Position numbers and translations under genes: made by a program
Part shown: positions 1 to 13,131 of the stretch, one piece after another
Layout: every line of letters begins with the position of its first letter
Position numbering within the stretch: position 1 is the stretch's first letter
Notes under the pieces: model-generated
Told to the model about the DNA's origin: nothing
Database searches by the model: none
The model's input: only the letters and a program-made list of their open reading frames with translations
Source: Nageia nagi
Taxonomy: Eukaryota; Plantae; Pinophyta
NCBI GenBank assembly: GCA_050084985.1
Contig: JBITNC010000001.1
Coordinates: 139,252,001-139,316,000 of the forward strand
Direction: 5' to 3'
DNA: 64,000 nt

Positions 1-699
1 TCTAACTATGACATCAATTTTACAAACTAGGGTATGGAGGGCATTCCTACAAGTGACCTTAACTATACCAACCAATGTGGGTATGCTAACTCCTAACTTC
101 ATCAACCTATTACTTCTCATAATTATAACCCAAAGGAAGGAAATGAAACATAATTTATTGCTATTATAAAAATTAGTGGTACATGAATACCTTTTTAGAG
201 TTATCGCATGTTGGTTCCCAAAATCATAATGTACTAAGGAAGCTTGATTTGTTTCTTTGATCATGCTATCATCCCTAGTATGGTTATAATGAATGCTCTT
301 CAATACCATTGTATGAAGTGGTCTTTTAACTTGGTATTTCATTGGTTCATATTCCATTCCTAATGTATTGCAACATGAGCTAATTGAACTCAATATACTG
401 CTATAAAAATTAGAGATGCTATAGTACCTTTAATGAGTGGTAATATGGCTAAATATTTCCCTTTATGATAAGTGTACTATTGCAAAAATAATAAGTGTTG
501 TAGTACCTTTTATGAGTCATAATTTGGTTGGTACATGAATTTAAAAAGTACAAATATGAATCCATAGGTGGTGCATCCCTTTGAAATCCCTTTAAATTCT
601 TCTTAAGAATGGGTCAACCATGCTGATGCTATGATACTCTTTCTTTAGTGTCAAATTCTAGACTTGGTACATCTTCTTCACTTGTCATAGTTCCCATAT

Positions 700-2685
700 A
701 AGGCTTGTGAATCAAGTCATCTTCTTATGATAAGATATCATCCTTTATTTTATCATATTCTTTCTTCAAGGGTGTGTTAATGATCTCAATCATGTCATCA
801 ATTCCAATAACCATAAAAATCTCATTAGGTTGGTCTATTAGAGATGTTATTTTGATTTTTTCCTCATGCTCAACATTATCAAGAGTAGTTGTATGCATAT
901 CCATAAAATCATTTTGGAATTTCATTATACATACCTCATGAGATAGGGTGTTTTCTTCATGTGATTTGAGTTATTCTTCTTCTTTAATGTCCCCATTATT
1001 TTTCTCAAAAATCTCATAGATATTTTGGCTAAAGTATTTGAAAGTGATGATGTCTTCAAGGCCCAAAGTGGTAAAGCTACTATACCACCATTCATGTGTA
1101 ATACCTTCAAGGTGGAGTGAAGCATACTGAATTTCATCCTTCTCATTCATTGGATGGAGGGTGAAGCATTTTCTCATCTTTTATAGCCATAATTTGATGA
1201 TTATATAGCTTCCATTAAACATGGGCACTTGTAATTACTTATGGTACTTTATTCCTTTGTTAATAGTCTTCCCAAAAAACTTTAAATATAGCTCAAATTA
1301 AATTGATTTTCTAATTTCATCACCTTTTGCTTAGTATTATGTGAAATGGTCATCCATCTCATTGTCCTATATTTTGTTGCTTTGTTGCTTTGAAATATTA
1401 AAGGTGATATGTGGATGACATTCTCTAATCCATCCATGGATGATTCTATCATTCCTTGATAGGGATAAGAGAGCCCATCAACTTTATTGACTAATTGAGC
1501 TAGCAAATCAACCATAGACTTCAACTATTCTTAAGGAATTTCAATCTTTTGAATCCTTCATAGGTTGGTAGGATTTAGAGCTCTAATACCATTGTAATAT
1601 ACCTTTCTAGAATTTATACAATTTAGCATTCAATTCCATACTTATCCATGAATTAGGGAATCAATGAACATGATCAATAACCATCCAAAATATGTGCTCA
1701 AACTAGAATATAATAGTGGTATCTAAAGCTCATATAATATGCAATTATGACCAAAACTAGGGCACAAATTAGATCTATAACATAATAAAAATATAGCTTT
1801 AAAAGTACTCAATTTACATACATACCCATGCATAAAGAAGATAGATGCATAACAAAAATATATAACAACATTCATTCACATTCAATATGTAATACATGAG
1901 AGCCAATATCATCATTAACAAACCAAGAATAAGTATAGGGTTGTAATAAACCTGTAACAAGTTTCAAGGAAAATCTCAAGACTCCAAAATGCTCAAACTA
2001 GACTTCTCAAGGTTGGCACATATCCCAAGGAGGTTCCTAAGCTAGGTGCAAGTATTAAGATGTCTCCCAATGATTGGTGCAAGTGCTCAAGTGGGAAAGA
2101 TGATAGACACAAGCTCTCCAAGTGATCTAGAAGTGTAGATGAAACACTTCTAGCCTAAGGAGCAACCCTAATCCCTAGAAGGTAGAAAAGGGAAGCATCC
2201 CTAAGATCCAAATAATCCAATATCAAATGCATAAGATGATATCTTCAAATGAGATGTTCATTTCCATTTTATGGAATTCTAATTCTAATTTGTGGTTGGT
2301 TGACCCAACCTAGAAATATAAATAACTCTTAATTAACAAATGACTCCTCCTAAGCTAAACATTGGGCAATTAAGGAATAATATATTTTCTTATTACAAAA
2401 CATGGCCTACTTTTATTATAAAATAATAAAGATTACTAATCTAAATATAATTAACTCCTGATACCCTTGATAGGGCTAGATCATTAATTATGAGTATTAC
2501 AAATGACACTAAATACAATATTAATAAAATGGGCCCCACATGCACAAAAATAGAAAATAGGTCGTATAACCTATCAAAAAAATTTCATGTGACACCCTAT
2601 CCATTTTAGAAGACAAATCGATGATTCAAGGATTATGGAAAAAGTTATGCCTTCAATAAGATTTCTCAAAATTTATGACATTACA
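700..2685 (-). mobile_element. 5' part of a degenerate Ty3/gypsy-like LTR retrotransposon (5' LTR, PBS, gag remnants)
   Basis: LTR 1593-2685 is bounded by TGTAAT...ATTACA. An iMet-type PBS lies immediately inside it (1580-1591; minus strand TGGTATTAGAGC). ORF 971-1177 reads 'IQYASLHLEGITHEWW', like the retrotransposon gag A-x-L-x-L-x-G-x-A-x-x-W-W motif. The left boundary is approximate. Confidence 0.75.
1580..1591 (-). promoter_or_regulatory. Primer-binding site, tRNA-iMet type (1 mismatch)
   Basis: Plus strand gctctaatacca = minus TGGTATTAGAGC versus canonical TGGTATCAGAGC. It is 1 nt from the LTR end. Confidence 0.8.
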
Positions 2686-3460
2686 ATTTGACACCACCAT
2701 AGAAGACCTCTTAGGGGACCTGGGAGCTCACAATAGGGGCATCCAAAAAGTCTCATCCAAAAGGCATCCAAAACACATAAATTATTTCACTAGCCTTTGA
2801 CAAAAAAGGTTTTGAATTTTTTTTAAAGAAAACCCCCCTTAAAAACATTACTTGTAATAAAAATTTTCTTCATTTTTTTTTAATATTGAAAAGATTCAAA
2901 AAATCAATCCCCTCCTTTTTTATTTTAACAAATAGCCTATTTTTTATAATAAAAAATTACAACCTTTTTTTTTTTGTATACAAACCTTTTGATATACACA
3001 AAAAATTCTCCAAAATAAAGGTATACAAAATTAAAAAAAAAATATTATAGCAATATATTAAGCAACTTTTGTAAAAAATATTGCAACTAACAGAAAAAAA
3101 GTTAGTATGAACAAACATTGCATAACAATATATTACTACTTTTTAAGCAAATGTTGCTAAAAAAATGAACTAACACTTAACACGAAATATGTTAGTATCA
3201 AGTAATAATTCAAAAAAAATGAAGGATAGAGAGGTTATATCTTGAATGGTTTTACATAAAAAAAAATGAAGATGAACCTCAAACAAGGAGTAGGAATGAC
3301 CTCTAAGATGTGAAGAGGAGCCTCCAAGAATGGCTCTAGACACCAATTGAGAGAAACAAGTCTAAGTAACTAAATTCTTAGTCTACCAAAATCACATGAA
3401 ATCTCTCTCTTAATTCCTTAAGCATTAAGAACACACACTCAAAGTATCATTCACACAAGA

Positions 3461-3893
3461 TGATACCAATATAAACTGGTTCCTCCAATAGTAGGAGTAC
3501 TTCCATTATTAATTTAATATCTTATTCTCAAAGAGAAATCTCTTACAAAAACTCTTTCTCACTTCTCCTACAACCTAAACAAGAGTATAACTTTGTTACA
3601 AACTTAAGTGAGTAATCTCAAGGAGAGGGCTTTCTATTTATAGGCTAAAATCTTCCCTTGGATCACTCTTTTAACCATAGTACAATGTCATGAAATGCAT
3701 CACCCTTTTACCTAAGGGGCATGCCCATGACATGGAGTGTAGGACAAGTTACATTATCATATTTATAAATACTTAAAAGGTATATAGGGATACTTTTAAG
3801 TATTGGTGAATTTAAATTATCATATTCACTAAATACTTAAGGTATATAGGGATGACCTTAAGTATTAAGTGAATTACATCAAGACACCTTACA
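3461..3893 (-). mobile_element. Short LTR (~424 bp) with adjacent PBS remnant
   Basis: tgatacca (3461-3468, PBS core) is followed by t[a]taaac...ccttaca (3470-3893). It contains 'tctatttatagg', a minus-strand TATA box typical of plant LTRs. Confidence 0.55.
3753..3874. repeat. Two tandem ~62-bp units, each forming a 12-bp-stem hairpin
   Basis: aatacttaaaag/cttttaagtatt (3768-3804) and aatacttaaggt/accttaagtatt (3832-3866) are perfect inverted repeats. The second extends via ttcact/agtgaa. Confidence 0.85.
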
Positions 3894-4324
3894 ATAATGC
3901 ATTATACATTCCAATATTACAATAGTTATATTTTATGAAATTATTTATCTATTGCATATATTTTCAAATAAAATACTCACCTTTTTAATGCTATCAAAAT
4001 TTTAATACATGTCTACTAGGGTTGTTATCACAATTTCATGTGATTTAGAAACTGATATCTAATTATTTATCAATGAATGTCCATATTCCATTTGAAAGAT
4101 ACAAAAGTTGCACCTATAGGAAGAATAATTATATAGGGTATTGAATATGGTTTAAAACTAACCAATTACATTTTTAAAAATACTTGACAGCCTCTAAACC
4201 ATACATATTTTATGTAATGTTATAATATATAAGATGGTATTTCTTATGCATTTTATCAAAGAGTATATGGTATTCCTCATGAAAAACATTATGTACATAC
4301 CTTGTGTGTGTGTATAAGTAGTAA

Positions 4325-4513
4325 TAGAAGGGTATTTTAAAACTACCCTCTTTTATTTTATCTAGGAGGTTTATTCTCAACTACCTTGATAGATCCTATG
4401 AGGGTAGTTGTTAACTGCCCTCTTATGTTGTCAAAATTTTAGTACAATAAAAACCCTTAAAGTTATTTAAGGGTAATTAAAAAGGACCCTAAAAGTTCCC
4501 TTTTGGTGTAGCG
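4325..4513. mobile_element. Possible 3' end of a CACTA element
   Basis: Ends in ...ttttggtgtagcg, one mismatch from the TAGTG terminus. It is preceded by direct and inverted subterminal copies of aactaccctc/gagggtagtt. No matching left TIR or TSD was found. Confidence 0.35.
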
Positions 4514-6361
4514 TTTCCATGACCATTCACAATAAACAAATAAGTTCTTATAATAATTTTCATGTTGCATATTTCAAATATTTTTCTCTGAGCTTCATGG
4601 TTTAGGATAGATCTTCAAAAGTTTTCGAAAGAAAAAGGGGGTAATGAATAAAATTTACTTCTCTTGAAAATAATGTCCTTATCTAAGATTTTCCATATCC
4701 TTTTTTAACATTTGGGTTAAGGATAGGTCTCAAATTATATTTCAATAGGTTTGACAAATTCATATTTTTTGAAAGTTTCTTTCTAATTTTTATAGCATAT
4801 GTTTGTAGGATGATCTTAGGAGAAAGAGTGTAAAACTTCATCATCATCATCATCATATATATATATATACAATGGCATATCATTTTGATTTTTTTCACTT
4901 AAGCATATCCCCAAAAAAGATAAATTTTTTATCCACATTAGTCTAAGTAAGATTAGCTAGATGAGATCAAACTAAAAGTTATGAATCCTTTATAAACAAA
5001 TCCAAAATGTATATTTTAGATATTAAAGAATCATAAGTAATCATCATCATGATTATCATGAGAAGAAAATAATAATGCAAGATCTTCTTCCATCACCATG
5101 GTGATATCATCACAGTCATCCAAGGGATCAAAAAAAGAAAATATGAAAAGGTTGTGGGTTGTGTAAGCATTGGAATAAGATAATAAAGATGGACATTAAA
5201 ATTGATAAAAAATAAAAGAGAAGTCAAAAACTAGAAATCTATGGGATCCTTATGGTTATTAACATTCCCATTTATTTAATAGAGGCGATAATTGAGGTTT
5301 ACATAGAGTTTGTTATAAGTTAATAGGTTTGAAAAAAGCATATTTTATATGAGTCTAGGTACACTTGAAGTTAGATATGATGATGATTTCTTTTGATATC
5401 TTTTAAATTTAATGGTTTGTAGGATCTATCAAAAGTTATCCAAAGATAAATATATATCTACTTAAATTCATGATCTACCATATCTCAAATTTTAATATTT
5501 CTTTAATAAGCGAAATTAAAGAAATAACAAAATCTATTTTACTATTTGTGTTTTTATAAAATTGATCATTTATGTATTTAAATGATTATTTATAACAAAA
5601 TTAATATTTATAATAAATTATTTTAAAAAACTTAATATTGTTTTAAATAAAAATATGAACAAGAAAAGTAAGAATAATAAAAATATTTAATAAATAAATA
5701 AATTTATGAAATAATATTTATGTGTCAATCTCAATGATTTAAAATCATAATGACATATACTTGTAAATAAAAGAATTTGTATAATTTTAATATATTTTAT
5801 GTTATAAATAAATTAAAATAAACATGAAATAAAGATCTTTATCTAAGCCAATGCAATCGATTGAAAATTCATTGAAATAAGAATGGTGAATTTAAAATAT
5901 GTATTGATGAATTCCATAATTGTATTTGTAAATTTATGCTCAATATATAGTATTTGAAATATAAAACACTGTAGTAATATATTATGAAATGTTTCCCTAC
6001 ATATATTGAAAATATAATTTTACTAAATATAAAATCAATACAAATATTTTAACATTCCATACAAGGACCTAAATCTTAGGTGTGGGAATATAACGTGAGT
6101 GCCTTTATATTAGTTGATGAGCATGACCTGCAAGCTATCATTATTATATGCAAGAAGAGATGCATGATTTGACCACTTGCTTCGCAGCTAGGTGTCACAA
6201 GCTTTGCATAACACACTTAGATGATAAGATAGATCTCACGCTATATGTCAGGCTACCTGTCCCATTTGAGGTCGATCTGTGAAGGACCATATCAATTCTA
6301 TGGTAGATTTTGAAGCCACTGTGATCTATCTGTCTGTTGCTGTTCCAAGAAGACAGGAAAC

Positions 6362-6880
6362 ATGCCCATAGACGTTGGACAATCCTGTGCATCTGGTTAG
6401 TTTAGTTTACTTAGGAGATAGTTATGAAAGGATATTTCCTTTTCAGATGTTCTTATTTGGTCAATGTTATTCGAATATGCAGATGAACGGAGATTTTCAA
6501 AGGTAATGAAGAAATCTGCAGTGACCAATTCATTTTTACTAGTACGTATGCAGTTTTGTCCCAAGGATTTATATTTAGATTTGAAAGAAAAATATTGCGC
6601 TTAACATGGCCTTGATTGATTTGGTTTTGTTGGCAACAGTATATCCCAATGCACTTTGTGAAAAGGTGGTGACGACAAACATCTGTAAGAGTTTTGTTGC
6701 TGTAGAAGAGGAGGAAATGGTGGCTGAAATTTTCAGGTAACAGCAAAGGACCCACGTTTGAACAAAACTGGAAGTATTTGTTCTTCGAAATAGGCTCAAG
6801 GTGGGGGACACTTGTGTCCTTGAGTTGATAGACACCCAGAGTTATGTGTTTAAAATTAAAATTTCTAGAGCTAAGCCCTA
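6362..6880 (+). pseudogene. B3 DNA-binding domain gene, REM/VRN1-like subfamily, pseudogenised
   Basis: Exon 6447-6541 gives '..EYADERRFSKVMKKSAVTNSFLL'. A phase-0 GT..AG intron spans 6542-6639. Exon 6640-6880 gives 'YIPMHFVKRW*RQTSVRVLLL*KRRKWWLKFSGNSKGPTFEQNWKY/FVLRNRLKVGDTCVLELIDTQSYVFKIKISRAKP*'. B3 hallmarks are F-x-K-x-M-x-x-S-x-V, L-x-I-P-x-x-F and W-x-x-F-V-x-x-N-x-L-x-x-G-D-x-C-x-x-E-L. There are two stops and one 1-nt frameshift. A possible upstream exon at 6362-6395 would need a short 51-nt intron. Confidence 0.88.
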
Positions 6881-8049
6881 AAGGGCACATATGTCTGTGC
6901 TTGTGTTTTATATAGGCTTTATCTCTTGAATATAATGTAATATCAGCAAACTTGACATATGTTATGTAGATAGTGCCACAAGTTTTGATGTTGAACAATA
7001 TTAGAATGTATCTCTGACTATAATGGACTTATAACATCCAAGTCTACTATTCATGGATAAAGCATGACATGACGTTTTGTTCTTCCAAAGTTTAAATTCC
7101 TTGAATGAATGAATATGATCTGTTAAAAAGTGTTTTTATTTAATCCATTGTTAATCTGTTGATTCAATAAGCTACAACAACGAGTGTTAATGCTTTTTTT
7201 TTTTGACTCTTTAGAGAGACAATCCTCCTTCCCTACTAAGTATGAGGATCAAGAACTGAAAATTATATTCAAGTTTACAATGTTTGAAGAACTCCTTGTA
7301 GTGATATGTTTTACTTGCATTAATCCAATTTTGTTTTTGTATCCTGGTGGTATGGAGGAATAGTGAGAAATATCCAGATTACCACAGGCACATCTTCGCA
7401 ATTGGTGACAGTGCCATGTGTGACCTTAAGGTAATTAACACCTGATCGCATGATCCTTCTCCAACTCTGCCTAACTAAACAAAAAATCTTATTATTTAGC
7501 TTATCTGCTAATCATTAGAGAGAGTGTAAAGCAATAAACTGTATCTACTGGGATTGCTTGATTCTCCCTTGCATGAATACACATAGAAAAGCCACAAACA
7601 TGTCAAAAAAATGACTGTAAAAGTCCACATGGCTGCCTGAACAAAAGCGCCAGTTGGGATAAGAATAAAGTAGAACCCTAAATATGACTCTTGAGTTTAT
7701 ATAGTAGGGTTGTTTCCAATATTGTCCACACTTATGTCAACATATACTTATGTTCCCACAAAAAATTATTAATAGACTCGAATTATGTAGTAAATTTCTT
7801 TGTATTTAAATATTTGTAGGCGAAGTAGTTTTGTCACTTACTAAAAAAGTTCAACTAGCATACATAGCCAAATTATTAATTCATATATATGCATTATTTC
7901 TATAAATTTTAGCATCCTATATGTAATATTAGTTTTTTTTTCAATATGATATTCTATGGTTTTTTATTTAGTGAGTTTTTAATTTTGTTCAATATGAAAC
8001 GTTTTAGCTTTTTATGTTGTTTCAATTATTTAGAACTTAGGATGAGAAA

Positions 8050-10750
8050 ATCTTGAGCTTGTTAAGGTTTCTTCTTTATTATTAGTTATCTCTTCATATT
8101 TGTGTCTACAAGCCATAATGCTTTGATCATTGTCATCTCTACTATAACCCCACTCTCTACTTCATCCAATCTTCTTGTGAAGCTTGAAAATAATTCACAC
8201 CCCATTCCTTTATTTTTTCTCATTTATACTTTTTGGCTATATTTTTCCCATGTGTATAATGGAGATTAAGTTATTTAAAAAGAGGAATTTCTTATCAAGA
8301 TGTGCATCCTATTTATCCTAGGTATGAACAATCCCTAATGGTCTTCTTATCTTTGCTAATGATTCCCTAAATCTCATAGTCGTTGCGTTTAATGATTCTA
8401 CAATTTCTTTCTAGTCAAATAGTCTAACTAATTACGTGTAGTGCTAGTATTGAAATTAGTTGGATTTTGACAACTTGGAAGGATAAGTCTAATATTTTAA
8501 AACCTTCTTCAAAAACTTTTTGAATGAACCCCCAAAAATCTCATAGTCATTGCCTTTAAAGATTTTACACTTTCTCTCTTGTCAAATAGTCTAACATATT
8601 ACCTATAGTTCTAATCTTCAAATTAATTGGACTATTGAGAATTTGGAAGGATGGGTATAGCCTTTTATAACTTTATCCAAATTATCTACCACGAATGACT
8701 TAATACCATCTTTTTCAAGAGTTGATTCCAAGTTTGCCAAATTATAGGATAAAGAAAGATTACATGGAAAATATTTTCTTCATTGTTCTTTCAAAGGTAA
8801 TATATTGATCATCCTCCCCATCTCCTTGGTATTTAACAATCATATTTCATGATCTTATTCTTCATAATAAATTACAACCAAGTATTAATCTTGAGGAGCC
8901 CTTAGTTAATTAAAATTCTCTTAGATAGTTAGCTTTTTTAATGAATAATTTTTAATCCAAACAAATACATTGTCATCATCCTATTAAAGTAATCCCATTA
9001 GCCTTTATGATTTTTCTTAGGGATGGAGGTATATTTTCCCCATCCATTTGCATTTTTCACTACCTTTGTGTCCTTCAAGGTTCTCTTAACTACCATTAGA
9101 CTACATTTGTTGACATAAAAAAATGTTGGGTTATCTAACTATATTATAATTTAAGAATGTCTTTAGGATAATCTAAATATAATTAGCTAAAATACTTAGC
9201 TTCCATATTCACTACCACATCATTTAACCATTAATAAAAAAAAATATTGTTTCTACATAGAAGATCATTTGTAGCAATTGTTGATCTTAAAAATATTACC
9301 ATCTTGAGTGTATCTTACATATTTTTTTTAGATAATCTTTCACAAAATTTTCTTTTATTCATAACATATACAAAATTATTCAGGACTAAAGAATACATTC
9401 ATCCTTATGATATTCCTGTGACTTACTTTCATCTCTCCTTACTAATATAAGCTTTATCTCGAGCCATCAAGTGTACCTTATTTTTCATCATCATTACCTT
9501 TCCATGATAATCTTTTCTAAATTTGATTAAGTAGTTAGAGAAGTTTTAAAAAATTTGTAATAGCTATTAAAAATAAAAATCATAAGAGAGTTTGAATTCT
9601 CAATATTAGTAATTGAATTTTTCCTCCTCAAGATAACCATATAACCTTTCAAGAGGCTAGTTTGAATTTGAATCTATCAATTAGTCTCCTACAAGAACTA
9701 TTTAATTAGAGCTTTAAATATAGAAATGATCAATTAGGATTTCAATGAAATTCTCAAATAAACCTAGGCCATTAATTTTATCCTTAATTTAATATTTGAA
9801 ATTTATAAAAAAATCTAGATTCATCCTTGCTTAATTCTTTACCTGGTAACCATCTCATAGTCTTCTAATTTTTTTTTATAAATTCTTATCTCTTGAATAT
9901 AAGATTAACCCTAATTAAAGAAAACATAACATCTATAGATTGATTATAGGATTAATGGAATATTCTTTTAGTGATCATGTTTATTAAACATTTATCTTTG
10001 TATTTTTCTATTTGAAAAGTTGTACCAAAAGTCTCAACCATGAAAAAATAATGATAAGGGATATTATTGATTTAAACAATTAAAGAAGAAGAATAATACA
10101 TTTTAAATTCCATTTATTAGGATATAAAACATAATCTCCTAAAATAAATTCCCAACCTAATCAAACAACATCCTTGAAGTAATATTTTTTGAAACCTTTA
10201 AAATAAATCTCTAATCAATTTTATCATGAAAATTTTGGACTTATGATTTCATAAACATACCTACCACTTTATGAGAGTAGAAAAGAGTGATCCATTTCTT
10301 AATAAATTAAGATTGTATATAAAATTTTCTTACTTTTTATGAAACCACTATATTCATTAGGTACACGTTTGTTAATAAATACTTGAAGTCTATAAGATGG
10401 GATATTTATCACTAGAATCTTCATTCATTCATTACATTGTAAAGGATAAGGGTATATATCAATCAAAGTACAAATATTTTTCTCTCTTAGGAATTAAGTC
10501 TAGAAAATTTACTTCTATGATTTCTCTATTTTCTTTAATTCCTATATTCTTTGATACTTCCTACCATAATATTTTTATAAATATTCTCTTTTGTTTTAGA
10601 ATTATTTTATGGGAGTTTCATCAGCCTCATAGTTTTATTTCATTCTATTTTGATTAAGACTTATTTACTTTGTTTCTTTTTTATTTCCTTCATAAGTATA
10701 CCAATGCCTCCATTTGAATTTTCTACAAGTATGGTTAATGTTATTACAAT
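8050..10750 (-). mobile_element. Degenerate L1-clade LINE ORF2 (reverse transcriptase and downstream region)
   Basis: Minus-strand remnants occur in the expected order: HDKID*RFILKV (~10220, cf. AYDRVDWxFL), Q*YPLSLFF (~10060, cf. QGDPLSP.LF), SYNQSIDVMF (~9940, cf. HxQFADD), AS*KVIWLS*GGKIQLL (~9640, cf. WKxKxLSxGGR) and HLMARDKAYISKE (~9460, cf. HLVAWxxVCxPK). Boundaries are approximate. Confidence 0.8.
8371..8690. repeat. Diverged ~166-bp tandem duplication within the LINE 3' region
   Basis: aatctcatagtc..tg..tttaa.gatt.taca..ttct...t.gtcaaatagtctaac...ttggaaggat occurs at ~8371 and ~8537. Confidence 0.7.
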
Positions 10751-10834
10751 TCTAATGATTAATCAAACTATTATTTTGACTTAAATTTTTATTTAATCTT
10801 CATAAAATATTGTGATATATAATCTATGTGAATT

Positions 10835-12740
10835 TATATATTCACTTTCTATGATACTTAGAATTTCTAATCCTAAATTACATAATTAATAAATACTTGC
10901 ACACTCACAAATCTAATATTATTAATAATTAAAAATCACCTTAACCCCTAAGGATTAGGTTTCCAACATTCCCTCCTTTAATCTGAAAGAGATTAAGAAA
11001 GAAATGAGAATACGAAGATGCCTCAAGGTGTGTAGTACAATTTCAAAAAAAAGAAATCCATCTCAAGTATTAAGTCCAAATTCCCCCTCTTAATTTGAAG
11101 GGATGATTTGCACAAAGAAACACATACTATGCATCCATAAGATGTGATTACCACACTCATACCATGAGATCCATATTCATGTACAAGTCTTCAAAAGACT
11201 AAATAATATCATATGTGCGAACCATCTCTCCCACCTCGCATGTGAAGATCACCATGTTCACCATTCCTCTTAATATTTTTCAATTTCATAGTACACCATG
11301 TTGGAGTTAGGAAAGCAACACGCATGCTATCACAGCCTCCATGTAACACAAAAAACATCTATCACATGTAAATAAGCAATTATTTTATCATTTACCTCCA
11401 CATTTTGCACCAAGTTGGTTGGTATTAGGTTGAGGCTGCCTCATAATCAAGGAGTCACCAAATCCATAGGCCACATCATGTAACATTCCCATTGAGATCT
11501 GATCATTTTTCCATGCCATGTAAGGAGTACTGCAATGGCACATCAGATGCCTCCTCATCTACAAGATCTAATAAAAAAATGCACACTATTTCCTGAAGTA
11601 GAATGCCTTTATTCATGCAGGATGTTTTCAAAAAAAGGCAAATGATCACACAACATTATATGCCAAAATATTTGCATCCTTCATTTCATGAATGAAATCC
11701 TCTTTAGATCACATTCACTCCATGCAATCGAAATCATATATTAACATAAACATAAATAGATTAACAAAGGTAGAAATGGTGTCCTTTCACCATACGTGGC
11801 CTCCTCATAGCACTTCACAGTACCAATAATGTCTATAAAGAATAATATCTGTATTTGAAATGATGTAATTTGTTCACATCCCTCATAGTAATATCCCTTG
11901 CAACAATCTTCACTTCATACTTCATACCTCATGCATTACAAGCCTCTATAATACCACAAAATCTTTCTCACAATAAAGTGGCCAATGGGATTCCTCTCCC
12001 CTCCACTCTTCCAATCACAACAATTATTCAACTGCAACAATTCTCCTAAAAAATTAGTTGTGTTATGCCTTTTCCAAGGGGCACACTTTCTTCACTTTAG
12101 CCTCCATAAGGCATTCTTGTGCATGTTCTCTTTGTGCACTTTGGGGGTTAAATCAATTGAGGATCCATACAAGGAGGTGATGTCACAAAAATACATCCCT
12201 ATCTCTGCATGAGCTCTTCTCATGATCCCTCTAGCCAATATTCTTAATGTCTTGTCTCCTTTGGCCATTGCAAACTAAAGTCATCTCTAGGGTAGTTCTT
12301 ATAGATTGTTGATTCTCTCACAAACCACCTAGATCTTTGGATTCAAACCCTCATAAAACATAATTGAAACTTCAAACCTTTAGCCATGAAAAATAATGAA
12401 GGAATACACAAAAAAATGGAGGATGGGAAATGGAATTTTGCATATCTTCTTAACAAGGCTCTGATACCATTAAAGGAGTAACTCCAAAAGGCCAAATATT
12501 ATATTAATTTGATCAGTTACAAATACATATGAATATACCTTTTCATTTCACCTTTTAAGGTGATTTTTTGGACTTTCTATATTCACTGACACTAGGACTT
12601 TCTAATCCTAAATTACATAATTAATAAATACTTACACACTCACACACCTAATTATGTTGTTCAATAATTATATTAATTATGTTGTTCAATACCTTTTAAT
12701 ATATTAGGTTTTAATCACCTTAATTATGTTGTTCAATAAA
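10835..12740 (-). mobile_element. Small non-autonomous LTR retroelement (TRIM/LARD-like), ~1.5-kb internal region
   Basis: Perfect iMet PBS gctctgatacca at 12458-12469. PPT ttccctccttt (10969-10979) abuts the LTR end ..tttccaaca at 10968. The block 'ttctaatcctaaattacataattaataaatactt.cacactcaca' is shared at ~10865 and ~12600. No pol motifs were seen. The left LTR looks truncated. Confidence 0.7.
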
Positions 12741-13131
12741 CTCAATATATCCAAATTCCCCCTTCAATTTTCCACCGACACTACTTCCCAATAATTATTT
12801 TAGTATATTTATACCATTCTTATTTGGATATAATCTTTATATGCTTACCTAACAACCATTAAACTCTCTCATTCAACTATTTTATCATTGACTTTTAGTT
12901 TTATTAATTGTCTACCTCTAGTACCAAACATTGTAGAGGGGAGGAACCAATACTTGAGCACATTCCAATGGTTGTGAGGATTATTATCATATATTTTTCT
13001 ATTTGTATAACATACCTAGTCTAGTAGTTGTGAAATTAATTATCAATTATTGTGCATTAAATTATCAACTTTTATAAATTTTTGTGTTAATAAGTAAATT
13101 ACAAGTAATCATTTTAAATATATCATTGATA

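Noticed and set aside
2692-4513. Complete CACTA element from caccaccatag to tggtgtagcg
   Set aside because: The two ends are not good inverted repeats and the 3-bp flanks (tga/ttt) do not match.
4683-4898. ORF with a poly-Met run
   Set aside because: It arises from a (CAT)n/(AT)n microsatellite at ~4838-4870.
6453-6998. Longest ORF in the track (181 aa, minus strand)
   Set aside because: It is the antisense shadow of the plus-strand B3 exons and runs through their intron. No recognisable motif.
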